This document shows, piece by piece, positions 1 through 9,754 of a DNA stretch of 64,000 bases (its first letter is position 1; every line of letters begins with the position of its first letter). The notes under the pieces were generated by a model. It had not been told where the DNA came from and did not search any database. It saw only the letters and a program-made list of their open reading frames with translations. The position numbers and the translations under genes are program-made. The stretch is from an uncultured virus (IMG/VR IMGVR_UViG_3300037560_000199) (Duplodnaviria; Heunggongvirae; Uroviricota; Caudoviricetes), in IMG/VR virus record IMGVR_UViG_3300037560_000199, one strand, 5' to 3'.

Positions 1-244
1 TCTCCTCCTCGAAGTAGTCTTTGAACTTCTCCGCATAGCCTGCGAGGACATCCCATGGATCATCACCGATGTATCCCTTCACGAGCTTTGCGCGGACGTA
101 TGCGTTGAGCATCTCGTGCAGGATCTCACCCTTGAACAAACGCATGTGTTTGCGCTGACGTTTGAGCCCGATCTTGTAACGGTACTCCCAGGCTTTCTGA
201 CATCGTCGGAACGATGAGACTTCGGAGTAGCTAACCGTTGGCAT
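1..244 (-). CDS. PD-(D/E)XK (RecB/Cas4-like) exonuclease, N-terminal part; runs off window
   Basis: Manual translation MPTVSYSEVSSFRRCQKAWEYRY...FKGEILHEML fits the S-x-S...C...Y...G-x-x-x-H N-terminus of phage PD-(D/E)XK nucleases; start overlaps the polymerase end. Confidence 0.7.
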   Translation of the reverse strand, partial: MPTVSYSEVSSFRRCQKAWEYRYKIGLKRQRKHMRLFKGEILHEMLNAYVRAKLVKGYIGDDPWDVLAGYAEKFKDYFEEE

Positions 245-2765
245 ACTTTGTTCCCCTCCCCCATGGTCCCAGTTCTACTTCGCCTTCCATCGGGACGTTG
301 AGTTTGATTTTGAATGTCTTCATGAGCTTCGGCTTTCTGATGATGTCGAGCACCTTCGGCGCACACTCGTCTATGTGCTCGTCCTTCACGATGATTAGCA
401 ATGCATCGTGGTGCTCACCTACAATCCTGAGTTTGTTGCGTGGGAAGGTCCGGTGCACCTCGATCAGGATCATCACTTTGTAATCGCCAATGAATCCTTG
501 CACCGGAGAGTTCACTGCCTGTCGCTCAGCCTCCGCTCGTATCTTGTTGTCCTTGACTTGAATGCCAGGGAGACGTCGCAGACGTCCCGTAAGAGTGCGT
601 GTGTATCCACTCAGGCGAGCGAGCTTCTTCACCTTGCGGTGCCACGCTTCGAGCTGCGCATACAATGCGAAGTAAGCCTTGCGTGCTTGCGTTGCCTCAG
701 CCATCGTCGGCTCGAAGCCGTAGTCTTTCATTGCCTGTTCGATGTATCGCTTCTCGCGCATCCCGAAAAGATAACCAAAGTTCGTTGCCTTCGAGCGATA
801 GCGTCCGTCGTACCAGCGAGGCTCGACCTTGATGCATCTCTCGGGTCCAGCTGTGAGCAATGTATCAATTGCGTCGGAGTAGCTGTTCGGGTAGTGCCCT
901 AGTGCATCTGCTGTTGGTGCTACGAGATCAGAGAATTCGTTGGTGCCCACCTCCATTGTGTTCATGCAGGTGCGCCAGTGGATGTCGATGCCTTCGTTGA
1001 AGCAACGCAGCATCTCGGTGTCTCGCGAGAGATGCGCTGCCGTGCGAAGCTCAGCTTGTGAGATGTCAGCGAAGAGGAACGTCCATCCATCGGGAGCGGT
1101 AACGATGTTGCGAATGGTGCCGTCGCGTGGGATGGGGTGCAGTGGTGAGGAGTAGCGTCCTGTCTTGGTGCCGTGCAGTTTGTAATCGAAAAAGTAGGTG
1201 TTGCCGATGCGGTACTGCTGCCATCCTTTGACATAGGTGTTGAAAAGTTTCGCTGCCGTTCGGTATTCTAGTAATTTGTCCACCACCACATGTTTGCCTA
1301 CGAGGTGATAGAGCGCAGCCTCAGACGTGCTCTTTTTCTTTTTCGGCGTAAAAATTTTGCAGGGTAGTCCCAATTCGTCGTATAGGAGGGGTGCCACCTG
1401 ATCACGACTGTCCCAGTTCAGTTCATAGCCTGCCAGTTGGTTCAATTCGTATTCGAGCGTGAGCTTCTTCGACAGGAGATCGAGACCTGCTTCCTTGCGT
1501 GCGACCGGATCGATGGTCAGCCCTTCCATCTCGATATCCAACATAGCCCGCGCTCCAGGCATCGTGAGTCGCCAGAAGAGTCGGTTGAGGTCAGGCTGCT
1601 GCTCCAGTCTCTCCTCGAAGATGTGAGCCAAGCGCAACGTGTACGCAGCGTCCTTGCCGCAGTACTCATAGTTCCGCATGGGCTTCTCGCTCTTGCCTTG
1701 TTTCTCAGCCAGGGGAATGTCGTACTCAGGCTCCCCGTCGAGGTGAGCACGCACCATGCTGGTGAGGTCGTGGGCAAGGTTCTCGTCAAGCAAATGGTGT
1801 GCCAGCATGACGTCGAAGGTCAGTCGGAAGCTGTCCCCAAATTGGGTCCTCATCCACTTACAGTCGAATTTTCCACCCTGTGCATAAGTCCGCTTGCCAT
1901 CTCGACGTGCGATGTGAAACAGTAGCTGCATCAATCGCTTGAGAGCATCACCGTGGGCAAAGGGGCTGTGGGAAAACTGTTGATAGTCCGGGTGCATGTA
2001 ACCGGGGATGACCCACGTGCGCTCTTCAAGTGCTATCGCAATCGCCGTGACATACCCCTCAGGGTCGAATGGGAAAAGGCCGGAAGTTTCACAGTCGAAG
2101 GCGAATTCTGGAGCCTCACTGAATTCATGGATGAACTGGTCGAGATTGCCTCTGCGCACGACCTTCCACTCGACGGTGTCGTTGCGGAGTCCACCGGCAA
2201 TAAGACGAGCAAGCCTGCCAAGATCATCCTTGAAGCCGGGGAGCTTCGACGGATCGCGTAGACAGTAAGCCGGGTGGAAAATCGGCATGCCGATGTAGTC
2301 CACCTTCTCGTTCTGGATGACCTCACCATGGAACTTGTTGATCGATGCTCTGCCACGGAAAAGTGTCTTCGTTGCAGGCACCCCTGCGGTGACAACAAAC
2401 TGTGGATAGAGTGTGGATAACTCTTCTTCGAGGTAGGGCTTGCAGGCTTTGATCTCAGCAGCGGTGGGTGTTCGGTTCTGTGGTGGTCGGCACTTGACGA
2501 GGTTCGTGATGTACGTCTTGTCGCTGAGTCCATTGCGCTGCAGCTCGTTGCGCAATATCTGACCACTGTCGCCAATGAAGGGCACGCCTCGACGGTCCTC
2601 ATTGGCACCGGGTGCTTCACCGATGACGAGCACTTGGACGTCGTCAGGATTGGATGGACCTTCCCCTCGCATGCAGACCGTCGAAGCGGTCGCGTGGAGT
2701 CCGCAGTCAGTGCAGCTGGAGTTGATGCTCGTCACTGAGCTTTTTCTTTTCAGCGTTCCGTTCAA
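231..2765 (-). CDS. polA: Family A DNA polymerase with N-terminal family-4 uracil-DNA glycosylase domain and 3'-5' exonuclease
   Basis: UDG motifs CTDC, GEAPG, VKCRPPQNR, HPAY; exonuclease DCETSG; polymerase motifs A (ADISQAELR), B (RSKATNFG) and C (HDA). Start codon uncertain. Confidence 0.95.
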   Translation of the reverse strand: MNGTLKRKSSVTSINSSCTDCGLHATASTVCMRGEGPSNPDDVQVLVIGEAPGANEDRRGVPFIGDSGQILRNELQRNGLSDKTYITNLVKCRPPQNRTPTAAEIKACKPYLEEELSTLYPQFVVTAGVPATKTLFRGRASINKFHGEVIQNEKVDYIGMPIFHPAYCLRDPSKLPGFKDDLGRLARLIAGGLRNDTVEWKVVRRGNLDQFIHEFSEAPEFAFDCETSGLFPFDPEGYVTAIAIALEERTWVIPGYMHPDYQQFSHSPFAHGDALKRLMQLLFHIARRDGKRTYAQGGKFDCKWMRTQFGDSFRLTFDVMLAHHLLDENLAHDLTSMVRAHLDGEPEYDIPLAEKQGKSEKPMRNYEYCGKDAAYTLRLAHIFEERLEQQPDLNRLFWRLTMPGARAMLDIEMEGLTIDPVARKEAGLDLLSKKLTLEYELNQLAGYELNWDSRDQVAPLLYDELGLPCKIFTPKKKKSTSEAALYHLVGKHVVVDKLLEYRTAAKLFNTYVKGWQQYRIGNTYFFDYKLHGTKTGRYSSPLHPIPRDGTIRNIVTAPDGWTFLFADISQAELRTAAHLSRDTEMLRCFNEGIDIHWRTCMNTMEVGTNEFSDLVAPTADALGHYPNSYSDAIDTLLTAGPERCIKVEPRWYDGRYRSKATNFGYLFGMREKRYIEQAMKDYGFEPTMAEATQARKAYFALYAQLEAWHRKVKKLARLSGYTRTLTGRLRRLPGIQVKDNKIRAEAERQAVNSPVQGFIGDYKVMILIEVHRTFPRNKLRIVGEHHDALLIIVKDEHIDECAPKVLDIIRKPKLMKTFKIKLNVPMEGEVELGPWGRGTKYANG

Positions 2766-2893
2766 GCGCTAGGATGACCCTTCCCTAGCAGCCGATAGAT
2801 CACTCAGAGGGAGAGGGCAGAGCGGCAGACCCCAGTCCGAAATCAACCGCTCCACGCTCCGGGTAGACCCCTATCCCATCATCAGGACGAGAT

Positions 2894-4996
2894 GTGGCAA
2901 ATAATAAGTCCAATTTCGATGCAACACAAACAGCACATGACTGGAGAGAGCTAGACGTTTACACCGTCCCCCTTCGCTCTCGATCCAAACGACCAAAACA
3001 CACCAATTGGACCAAGCTGAGGCTCGATGGCGAGCAGCTTGATCGTGCCTTCCAGAAGGGCGACAACATCGGTGCAATTCTCGGTGAGCCCTCGAATGAC
3101 CTCACGGACCTCGATCTTGATCTGCAGGAGGCATGCGAGGTCGCGCCGCACATCATGAGCGAGGAACATGAGACATTCACCTACGGTCACCGTGAAAAAC
3201 GTGAATCACACTTTTTTTACCGCTGCCGTGGAGCTACAACCAAGAAATGGCAGACCAAATCACTGGGAACCATCGTTGAAATTCGCTCCACGGGAGCGCA
3301 GTCGGTGTTGCCCCCGTCCATCCACCCGGATGGTGATCGCTACAACATCGACAACGATATCGAATTCAAGTCCATCCCTAAACGGGAATTAGAAAGGCTT
3401 GTTGATGAAATCGCCATCGCTGCCGTGTTCTTGCACTACTACCCTGAGGAAGGCTCGCGCCACGATTACGCCCATGCCTGCACAGGAGCGTTGTGTCACG
3501 CAGGCTGGCATGCGGACAAGGTCAAGCGTGTCCTGGGTGCAGTGCTCAGCGTGATGCAGTTTGCAGATGAGGATCTGAAGGATCGCAAAGGCACCGTAGT
3601 GAACACCATCGAGCACCATGAGATGGGTGATCGCGTGCAGGGGTTCCGCTCGCTTGAGACGTGGATCGATATGCAGACCATCCAGCAATTACGCAGATGG
3701 TGCGTTCGAGGCAAAGAAGAGGCAGAGCTGCATACTCCCTCCCCAACAGTTTTACTGAAGCGCTTCGCACCTGAAAGGAGATTCAATCAAGAATGGCTCA
3801 ACGTCGATGGGCTCGTTGGTCAGATTGCGGACTGGGCAGGCAAAGCTGCGTATGTGCAGCAGCCAATGTTTAATCTCGCAACAGGGCTCATGTGCACTGC
3901 GCTGGCGAGCTGCAATAACTACCTCGTTGATGGGTGGGATACACCACTGCAACCTTATCTCATGGTCACAGCACCAACAGGTGAGGGGAAGAACGCAGTG
4001 CTCAAAGCCGTCCAGAGATTTGCGAACGAAGTAGGTCTGGAGGAATACGTTCATCAAGAGTTTCAGAGTTACTACGCGATGCTTGACAGACTAGCTGAGC
4101 CTCCCAACATGATATGCCTGCTATGGGACGAGGCAGCTCGACATCTGGCAAGCGCAAAGAACCCAATGACTCAAAGCTTTCAGATGATCAGTCACGTGAT
4201 CTCGTTGTTTGGCAGAGCAAATGAATGGGTGGCTGGATCACCCGGTCGCAAGCAAGAGATCCCTCCCCTCGAACATCCTTTTCTCATCGTCCTCGCCACC
4301 GCTCAACCTGATCAGCTCATGCTGTCGTTAGGAAATACTTCAGAAGAGACAGGTTTCTCTAACAGATTCATAATGTTTGACTCTGGCGAAGAGTTTCCAT
4401 CACGCAATCGACGTCGCACTAAAACATTCCCATCAGCGATCAAGAAACATGCTCGTCTGTTGCGTGATCATGCACCCACGGAAGATTTCACACAGGTCAC
4501 CTGGGATAGCCCGAAGACATACAACATGTTCGATGACTTCGAGGAGACGGCTCGACATCGCACGCACCTAAAAGAGTATGCCTGGGCACGAGCGAACCAG
4601 AATGCGTTGATCATGGCGGGGCTCGTCGCTGTTGGTATCGATGCAGAGAGACCTGTGATCACAGAGGACATGGCTAACTGGGCCATAGAGGTTGTGACGT
4701 GGAGCACGACTGTCTGGACCGAGAAGATACGCTTGGCAGGTGGGGAGACCGTCAACGAGCAGGAGTCGTTCAAGGTGCAAGAGCGCATCAAAAACCCCAG
4801 GAAGTATTTGAAGACAGCGAATTCAGAGACACACCGAAAGCTGATAACTCAGGGCTACATGCCTCACTCAGTACTGATCCAAGTGACTCGGGGGATGAAG
4901 CGTTATCGACGTGAGGAGATCTTAGATGACTTGCATGAAGCGGGGCTAATTGATTCGTCTGACATGGGAGACAACAGAGTCTATTTCATCAAGTAA
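2894..4996 (+). CDS. Bifunctional primase-polymerase fused to DUF3987-like P-loop helicase domain
   Basis: KRP, NIG, DLDLD, HFFY, LPPSIH prim-pol motifs; Walker A APTGEGKN and Walker B LLWDE. Confidence 0.85.
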   Translation: MANNKSNFDATQTAHDWRELDVYTVPLRSRSKRPKHTNWTKLRLDGEQLDRAFQKGDNIGAILGEPSNDLTDLDLDLQEACEVAPHIMSEEHETFTYGHREKRESHFFYRCRGATTKKWQTKSLGTIVEIRSTGAQSVLPPSIHPDGDRYNIDNDIEFKSIPKRELERLVDEIAIAAVFLHYYPEEGSRHDYAHACTGALCHAGWHADKVKRVLGAVLSVMQFADEDLKDRKGTVVNTIEHHEMGDRVQGFRSLETWIDMQTIQQLRRWCVRGKEEAELHTPSPTVLLKRFAPERRFNQEWLNVDGLVGQIADWAGKAAYVQQPMFNLATGLMCTALASCNNYLVDGWDTPLQPYLMVTAPTGEGKNAVLKAVQRFANEVGLEEYVHQEFQSYYAMLDRLAEPPNMICLLWDEAARHLASAKNPMTQSFQMISHVISLFGRANEWVAGSPGRKQEIPPLEHPFLIVLATAQPDQLMLSLGNTSEETGFSNRFIMFDSGEEFPSRNRRRTKTFPSAIKKHARLLRDHAPTEDFTQVTWDSPKTYNMFDDFEETARHRTHLKEYAWARANQNALIMAGLVAVGIDAERPVITEDMANWAIEVVTWSTTVWTEKIRLAGGETVNEQESFKVQERIKNPRKYLKTANSETHRKLITQGYMPHSVLIQVTRGMKRYRREEILDDLHEAGLIDSSDMGDNRVYFIK

Positions 4997-4997
4997 T

Positions 4998-6092
4998 TTA
5001 CTGGTCTTCCTCGTCGTCTCTTTCGGGGGGCATGAAGTCGTAGTCCTTGGTCACGACACCGAGCTTCTCATCACCTCGCCACTGGGGTGGAATGAGGGTG
5101 GACATCTTGCCTTTGTTGGGACCGGACTTCAGTGGCTTCGAGTAATGACGCATGTGACTGCGCACTGCGTGCAGTCGCTTACGAGTGCCAGGAGTGCCTT
5201 CACCAAAGTGCAAGGGGATGTTTCCTTCTGCGGGGATCTCCAGCACATGGTGCTCGTAGAACGTACTCTCCATCGGCTTGCGTCGATGCTTCTTGATGAT
5301 CTTCCGCGCTTCGCGGGGCAGTCCCGGCACTGTGCGTCTGATTGCAGGGTTGCGCGAATGACAAAGGATCAGGAACAGCATCAGGTGGTTCAACACCGTG
5401 TTGTTGTAGCTATCCATGAAGCCCTTGCCATCGACTCCCACAGGGAACGCAGCGACACTCTGGATGTCTGCCTTGTTGTCCTTGACGAGGGGTCCTATGG
5501 GGATGTGCATCTCCACAGGCATCACTGAGAGCTTGGAGGAGGGGTCCTTCACCCCATCCTTGATGATGCCCGTCGAGTTGTAGATGCAAGGCACGCAGCA
5601 GATGAACTTCTCGCCTGGGGCGATTCCCATTTGCGTGTACCTGTCCGTCCACCTGTCTGGAACATCGGTGGCATAACGCTCCTCTAGCATCATCATCGCT
5701 TTGTTGTCTGGGGATCTCTCGGTGCCACCGATGTCCACCTCGACGTAGGTGAGGGGGAACGGCAACGCCACGGGAGTGTCCATCCATACGGGCATGCGTA
5801 TCCCTTCTTCCTTCGCCTTTTTGACTGTGTATGCGGTGGGGTGCACGTAGCGAAACTTCATCGCTGAGCGCATCGCCTTCGCAGTGCTAGCCCAGTTGTC
5901 GATCAGCTGAGGGAGTGCAGGACCAAGCTCGTCGTCTTTCACGACGAACAGGTCCTCGTGGTAGATCATCTCACTGGGGAGCTTTTTGCGCCGCCCAGCA
6001 GAGAAGTCCTCGTACTGCTCGCACCACCTCAACCACGTGTCGAATGCAGGCGAGAAGGAACGAGGTCTGCTCTTCTTGGCTTTCTTTGCCAT
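4998..6092 (-). CDS. Conserved phage protein with C-terminal H-x-VR-x-H-x-R...WRGD motif
   Basis: Long ORF ending RLHAVRSHMRHY...QWRGDEKLGVVTKDY; ATG at 6092 abuts upstream stop. Confidence 0.7.
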   Translation of the reverse strand: MAKKAKKSRPRSFSPAFDTWLRWCEQYEDFSAGRRKKLPSEMIYHEDLFVVKDDELGPALPQLIDNWASTAKAMRSAMKFRYVHPTAYTVKKAKEEGIRMPVWMDTPVALPFPLTYVEVDIGGTERSPDNKAMMMLEERYATDVPDRWTDRYTQMGIAPGEKFICCVPCIYNSTGIIKDGVKDPSSKLSVMPVEMHIPIGPLVKDNKADIQSVAAFPVGVDGKGFMDSYNNTVLNHLMLFLILCHSRNPAIRRTVPGLPREARKIIKKHRRKPMESTFYEHHVLEIPAEGNIPLHFGEGTPGTRKRLHAVRSHMRHYSKPLKSGPNKGKMSTLIPPQWRGDEKLGVVTKDYDFMPPERDDEEDQ

Positions 6093-6298
6093 TACAGAGT
6101 CGCAGATCTGCACTCGCGCTTGCGAATGTCGCGCAGCTCACTGTCCTTGTTGGGGTAATACACTCGACTGAGTGTGGGGATGTCCTCCAATTCGAGGACG
6201 GTTTCGCAGGCGTGCTTGGTAGGCATCGGGACCACGATCTGTTGCTCAATCGTACCCGGACCTGCAGCTAGGATCACAACCAAAAACCAAACTGTCAT
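6092..6298 (-). CDS. Small protein with hydrophobic N-terminus
   Basis: MTVWFLVVILAAG; RBS GGAG upstream; coupled to neighbours. Confidence 0.6.
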   Translation of the reverse strand: MTVWFLVVILAAGPGTIEQQIVVPMPTKHACETVLELEDIPTLSRVYYPNKDSELRDIRKRECRSATL

Positions 6299-6299
6299 A

Positions 6300-6491
6300 C
6301 TACTTCTCCTCATTGCTATCGATGATGATGCCGTGGTCGTCCACGACGCGCCAGAACTTGGAAGCCGTCCAGCGAAAGAACAGGTCCTTCGCAGCTTGGA
6401 CTGCTTCCTCCTCAGAATCGTACTCCATGTCGTTCCCCGTATATTGACCGGGTTCGCAGCTGTAGGTATTGATCTCCACGCGATACTTCAT
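6300..6491 (-). CDS. Hypothetical protein
   Basis: AAGGAG RBS upstream of ATG 6491; first gene after leftward promoter. Confidence 0.65.
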   Translation of the reverse strand: MKYRVEINTYSCEPGQYTGNDMEYDSEEEAVQAAKDLFFRWTASKFWRVVDDHGIIIDSNEEK

Positions 6492-6524
6492 TCCACTCAC
6501 TCCTTTCAACTAGAGGCAAAAGCC

Positions 6525-6553
6525 AATATATCACATTAGCGCTACCGTTGCAA
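6525..6553 (-). promoter_or_regulatory. Leftward sigma70 promoter with operator in spacer
   Basis: Minus strand TTGCAA-17 nt-TATATT with TGn extension; operator at 6533-6548. Confidence 0.75.
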
Positions 6554-6583
6554 AACTCGAGATTTCCGCTCAAAAGAAAAAGC

Positions 6584-6611
6584 TTGACACGGCACCGGTG
6601 ATGTGGAGAAT
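6584..6611 (+). promoter_or_regulatory. Rightward sigma70 promoter with operator
   Basis: TTGACA-16 nt-GAGAAT; operator ACGGCACCGGTGATGT 6589-6604. Confidence 0.7.
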
Positions 6612-6646
6612 GGTGTTCTAGTCTACCACCAGAAGGAGCGATCCAG

Positions 6647-7345
6647 ATGCAGATGAACGAAATCGAGAAGGCACGCCACCAGCGTGAGCAGGAAGAACGG
6701 GAGCGCAGGCGCGAGGAGGAGATCCAAAAGATCCACGACCTCCGTATGGCGGAATTCAAGCTGATCGAGAACGGCATCAAGCCGCTACTCTTTGCTCCCC
6801 TCGCTGCTGACGCGAATCAGTACCGTCAACTCACTCGCCATATCGTCACCGCAGAAGGTGAGAAGGTGGGGACGCTTTCGTACAAGCAGAACTGGTCTTG
6901 GAAGAGCGGTCGCTATTCCGTCAGCAGCAGACGCATCCTGAAGCATGGACGCTACAGCTGGGGAGAAGGTCAACGCTTCTATAAGAAGCTCGACTCTGTG
7001 GTCAAAGCGATCACGAAGTTCTGCATCGCAGTGTCGAATGACGAGGAGCGTGCCAAGGTGCTGCGCAACGAACTGCAGCATTACCGCGAGGTACTCCGCA
7101 ACTCGCAGAGACGCTCGAAATCCATTACAGGGCAGTACTCCGGTACTCTCGCTGTCGATGGGATTGTTGAGCTGCTCGCCAGCGACATCAAACAGGATCA
7201 GCTCGAAGGTCAGGAGATGATGCGCGTGCTGGTTCGCAAGAAGAGAGTGTCCCGTCGTTTCTCCGCTTGGGTGTTGGAGAGGTTCCTCGCTCCCCGTCAG
7301 AAGGAACTGGACAGCCTGGACACATCCAAGGAAAAGGTCAAATAG
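6647..7345 (+). CDS. Hypothetical early protein
   Basis: 232 aa ORF with AAGGAGCG RBS. Confidence 0.75.
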   Translation: MQMNEIEKARHQREQEERERRREEEIQKIHDLRMAEFKLIENGIKPLLFAPLAADANQYRQLTRHIVTAEGEKVGTLSYKQNWSWKSGRYSVSSRRILKHGRYSWGEGQRFYKKLDSVVKAITKFCIAVSNDEERAKVLRNELQHYREVLRNSQRRSKSITGQYSGTLAVDGIVELLASDIKQDQLEGQEMMRVLVRKKRVSRRFSAWVLERFLAPRQKELDSLDTSKEKVK

Positions 7346-7387
7346 GAGAACTAGATCACAGTAACGGTAACGGTCCCGTGATTTAAT
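7345..7387 (+). promoter_or_regulatory. CRP-box/operator/extended -10 promoter cassette
   Basis: GGAGA-actaga-TCACA 7345-7360, operator 7364-7379, TGa-TTTAAT 7382-7387. Confidence 0.75.
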
Positions 7388-7393
7388 GGGTTT

Positions 7394-7605
7394 ACATTCA
7401 GCAACACAGAGGAGGAATCTTACTGCTGCCTAAAACGAGTACGTGCATGCACGGGTAGAATTGAAACGGCATAAAAACTGCGTAACCAGACGCGACTACC
7501 GGCAGGCTCACCAAGGACTCCACACTGTTTCGCTCCAACGTCACACAGTGGACGCACTTGGCACCGTCACCAAGCGGTGGGCAGCAGTAAGATTTCACCT
7601 ACGAC
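7394..7605 (+). ncRNA. Structured leader or ncRNA carrying anti-RBS sequence
   Basis: Perfect 15-bp stem 7416-7430/7580-7594; internal hairpins; CTGTTTCGCTCCAAC at 7525-7539. Confidence 0.6.
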
Positions 7606-7621
7606 AGAAGGAGCGAGACAG

Positions 7622-7942
7622 ATGAGTAAGACAGACAATGAAGACAACCTGAAGCCTCTTGCTGACGAGTACGGCAAGCTCAAGGCTCAGCTAGCTGACC
7701 TGAAGCGGCACATGGTGGACATCAAGGAGATCTTCGAGGTGGCTGGAGTTGCCTCCTTAGAAGGTGACGTCTTCCGCCTCGTGATCTCCCACGTCGATGA
7801 CTCCACGGGTCCCGACTGGAAGAAGATCGCCTTGCGCTACAAGCCTTCCAAGCGAGTCATCGAAGCACCGGGCAACCAGAAGGTGACCCAGCAGGCGCAC
7901 GTGAGAGTGAACGTCTACGCTCGCACGGGGGAGGAGTCATGA
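7622..7942 (+). CDS. Hypothetical protein (N-terminal coiled coil)
   Basis: RBS GGAGCGAGACAG-ATG; ATGA overlap with next gene. Confidence 0.75.
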   Translation: MSKTDNEDNLKPLADEYGKLKAQLADLKRHMVDIKEIFEVAGVASLEGDVFRLVISHVDDSTGPDWKKIALRYKPSKRVIEAPGNQKVTQQAHVRVNVYARTGEES

Positions 7943-8154
7943 GGAACAAGAAACTCCTCGCACGCGCCCTCATAGCGTTGATCGAAACCCTGGTCGAGGA
8001 TGACAATCTCGGTGAGATCAAGATCCACGACGACCGTGGTGGCACGGGTGGTTGGTGGGTCATCTTGACCGACACCAAGACCCTCAACGAGACCACGTAT
8101 CACGTCGCATCCCACCGTGGTCGATTCGCTGCTGACAAGAGCACGATGTCATGA
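7939..8154 (+). CDS. Hypothetical protein
   Basis: GGAGGAG RBS; ATGA coupling. Confidence 0.65.
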   Translation: MRNKKLLARALIALIETLVEDDNLGEIKIHDDRGGTGGWWVILTDTKTLNETTYHVASHRGRFAADKSTMS

Positions 8155-8351
8155 GACAGGAATCCTTCATCAGGTGCTTCAGCATTGGTCCTCGCGTGGA
8201 GTTCTCCTACGAGACTGCGGAGTCCATGGAAAAACTCTGGCCCGATGTCTTGGTAGAGATTCGGAACTTCGAGGGCATCAGTGGTTCTGCCTGCTTCCAC
8301 ACAGAGGAAGGTTCTCTAATCGTTCACGCAAGCTGGGAGGATGAATCATGA
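8151..8351 (+). CDS. Hypothetical protein
   Basis: ATGA coupling at both ends. Confidence 0.6.
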   Translation: MRQESFIRCFSIGPRVEFSYETAESMEKLWPDVLVEIRNFEGISGSACFHTEEGSLIVHASWEDES

Positions 8352-8857
8352 GATACGCAATCGTAACTGCCTCAGCTGACATCGAGGTGATCAAGGGCTA
8401 CCTGCCTACGAACTACCACATCCTGCACGTCGATCCCAATGGTCAGGGCATCCTGATCGCAGGCGAAGACGACCACGGCTGGACGTTGGATGGCTACGTC
8501 ATCCCCCGGCTTGGCTCCGGCCTGCACGCATGCCGAGAGGTGCACCCGGTGTTCATGTCTGAGAATCTCAGCATGGGTCCTGGCTACTGCATGGACGTCC
8601 CCAACGAGTGGATGAAGGTGCCGATACCTGAGTCCACTGAGGCTCGTGATCGACACGAGTCGAATCTCGTGGAGGTCATCGTCTCGCATGAGGCTTGCGA
8701 CGATCTCGAACGCAACGATGAGACCTCGTGGACCTGTCACCTCAACCCGGATTTCTTCCTGCAGGGTAGTGATGAGGAAGTTGCATTCGATGGAACGCTG
8801 GAGCACATCTTCTACATGCTCGACAGCGATCACCTCCGCAGGGAGGGCAGCGCATGA
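8348..8857 (+). CDS. Hypothetical protein
   Basis: GGAGG RBS; ATGA coupling. Confidence 0.7.
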   Translation: MRYAIVTASADIEVIKGYLPTNYHILHVDPNGQGILIAGEDDHGWTLDGYVIPRLGSGLHACREVHPVFMSENLSMGPGYCMDVPNEWMKVPIPESTEARDRHESNLVEVIVSHEACDDLERNDETSWTCHLNPDFFLQGSDEEVAFDGTLEHIFYMLDSDHLRREGSA

Positions 8858-9237
8858 AGTATGCCAAGGTCGAAATACGTGCTGGGTTTATCGATATGCG
8901 TACCTCGTTGGGACGTCGCCTGAAGGAGGCTGGCGCAAAGGTGAACCAGTACGAGGATAAGGCACTCACGTTCATTCACCTCAATGCCGATGAGCGCACC
9001 TTGATCGATGACGTTCTCAAAGAGCTGCACGTGCGCGGCATAATCATCCGCAACCTCGATGACGAGTTGAAGGAAGAGCTGAAGCATGGAGGATCTGTTC
9101 AAGCGTGGGCAGTGGTCTACCAGAGCATGGAGAACATGGACCAGCTCGATGCCGCAGTCGAGCACATGATCGAGACTGTCAAAAAACGGGACATCCGAAT
9201 GGCGAAGATGTTCCCCAAGAAGGAGAAAGCCAAATGA
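8854..9237 (+). CDS. Hypothetical protein
   Basis: GGAGG RBS; ATGA coupling. Confidence 0.7.
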   Translation: MKYAKVEIRAGFIDMRTSLGRRLKEAGAKVNQYEDKALTFIHLNADERTLIDDVLKELHVRGIIIRNLDDELKEELKHGGSVQAWAVVYQSMENMDQLDAAVEHMIETVKKRDIRMAKMFPKKEKAK

Positions 9238-9497
9238 AAACACTCCGCTACACCGTCGAAGGCCGCTGCGCCTTCCCCATCGACATGCTGCGCTACGACT
9301 GCTGCTGGCCTGCGACTGAGCAGGACGCTAACCAGATCGAGAGCATCAATGATCCCATGGTGGACTCCCGTGAGGACAAGCCTTACCAGATCACGGTCGA
9401 GACCGCACGCAATACGCGAGACCACGGCAGGTTCATCGTCACGGAAGGTCGCTGGGATTCCTTCAACTGGAAGCTGGTGGAGGGTCCTCACGCATGA
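9234..9497 (+). CDS. Hypothetical protein (FPIDMLRYD motif)
   Basis: AAGGAG RBS; ATGA coupling. Confidence 0.7.
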   Translation: MKTLRYTVEGRCAFPIDMLRYDCCWPATEQDANQIESINDPMVDSREDKPYQITVETARNTRDHGRFIVTEGRWDSFNWKLVEGPHA

Positions 9498-9754
9498 GCG
9501 AAGAGTTCACAGTCCGGATGCGCATGGTCGAGCACCATAGCCCTGGATGTCCGCACTTTGGCATCGCAGCCGTCACTGTCGTCCTTGGTGGCTCCCCAAT
9601 GGATGGCATCGCCATGGTGGTGAAGACGCAAGCGGGTGTGACAGAGAAGTGGGTCACCTCGACCTGGGAGCATGCCCAGAAGTGGTACAAGGATCGAGGT
9701 GCAACGCAGGGCGACTTAGACAATCTGTTAGAAGCACTGGAGGATGACGAGTGA
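9494..9754 (+). CDS. Hypothetical protein
   Basis: GGAGG RBS; coupling. Confidence 0.65.
   Translation: MSEEFTVRMRMVEHHSPGCPHFGIAAVTVVLGGSPMDGIAMVVKTQAGVTEKWVTSTWEHAQKWYKDRGATQGDLDNLLEALEDDE

Noticed and set aside
2766..2893. CGCTCC pair (2846-2860) as another anti-RBS element
   Set aside because: Only 6-nt matches, and one pairs locally with GAGCGG; too short to support
231..4996. Intein or intron in polymerase or primase
   Set aside because: Frames are continuous, lengths fit the domain content, and no splice-junction or homing-endonuclease motifs were seen
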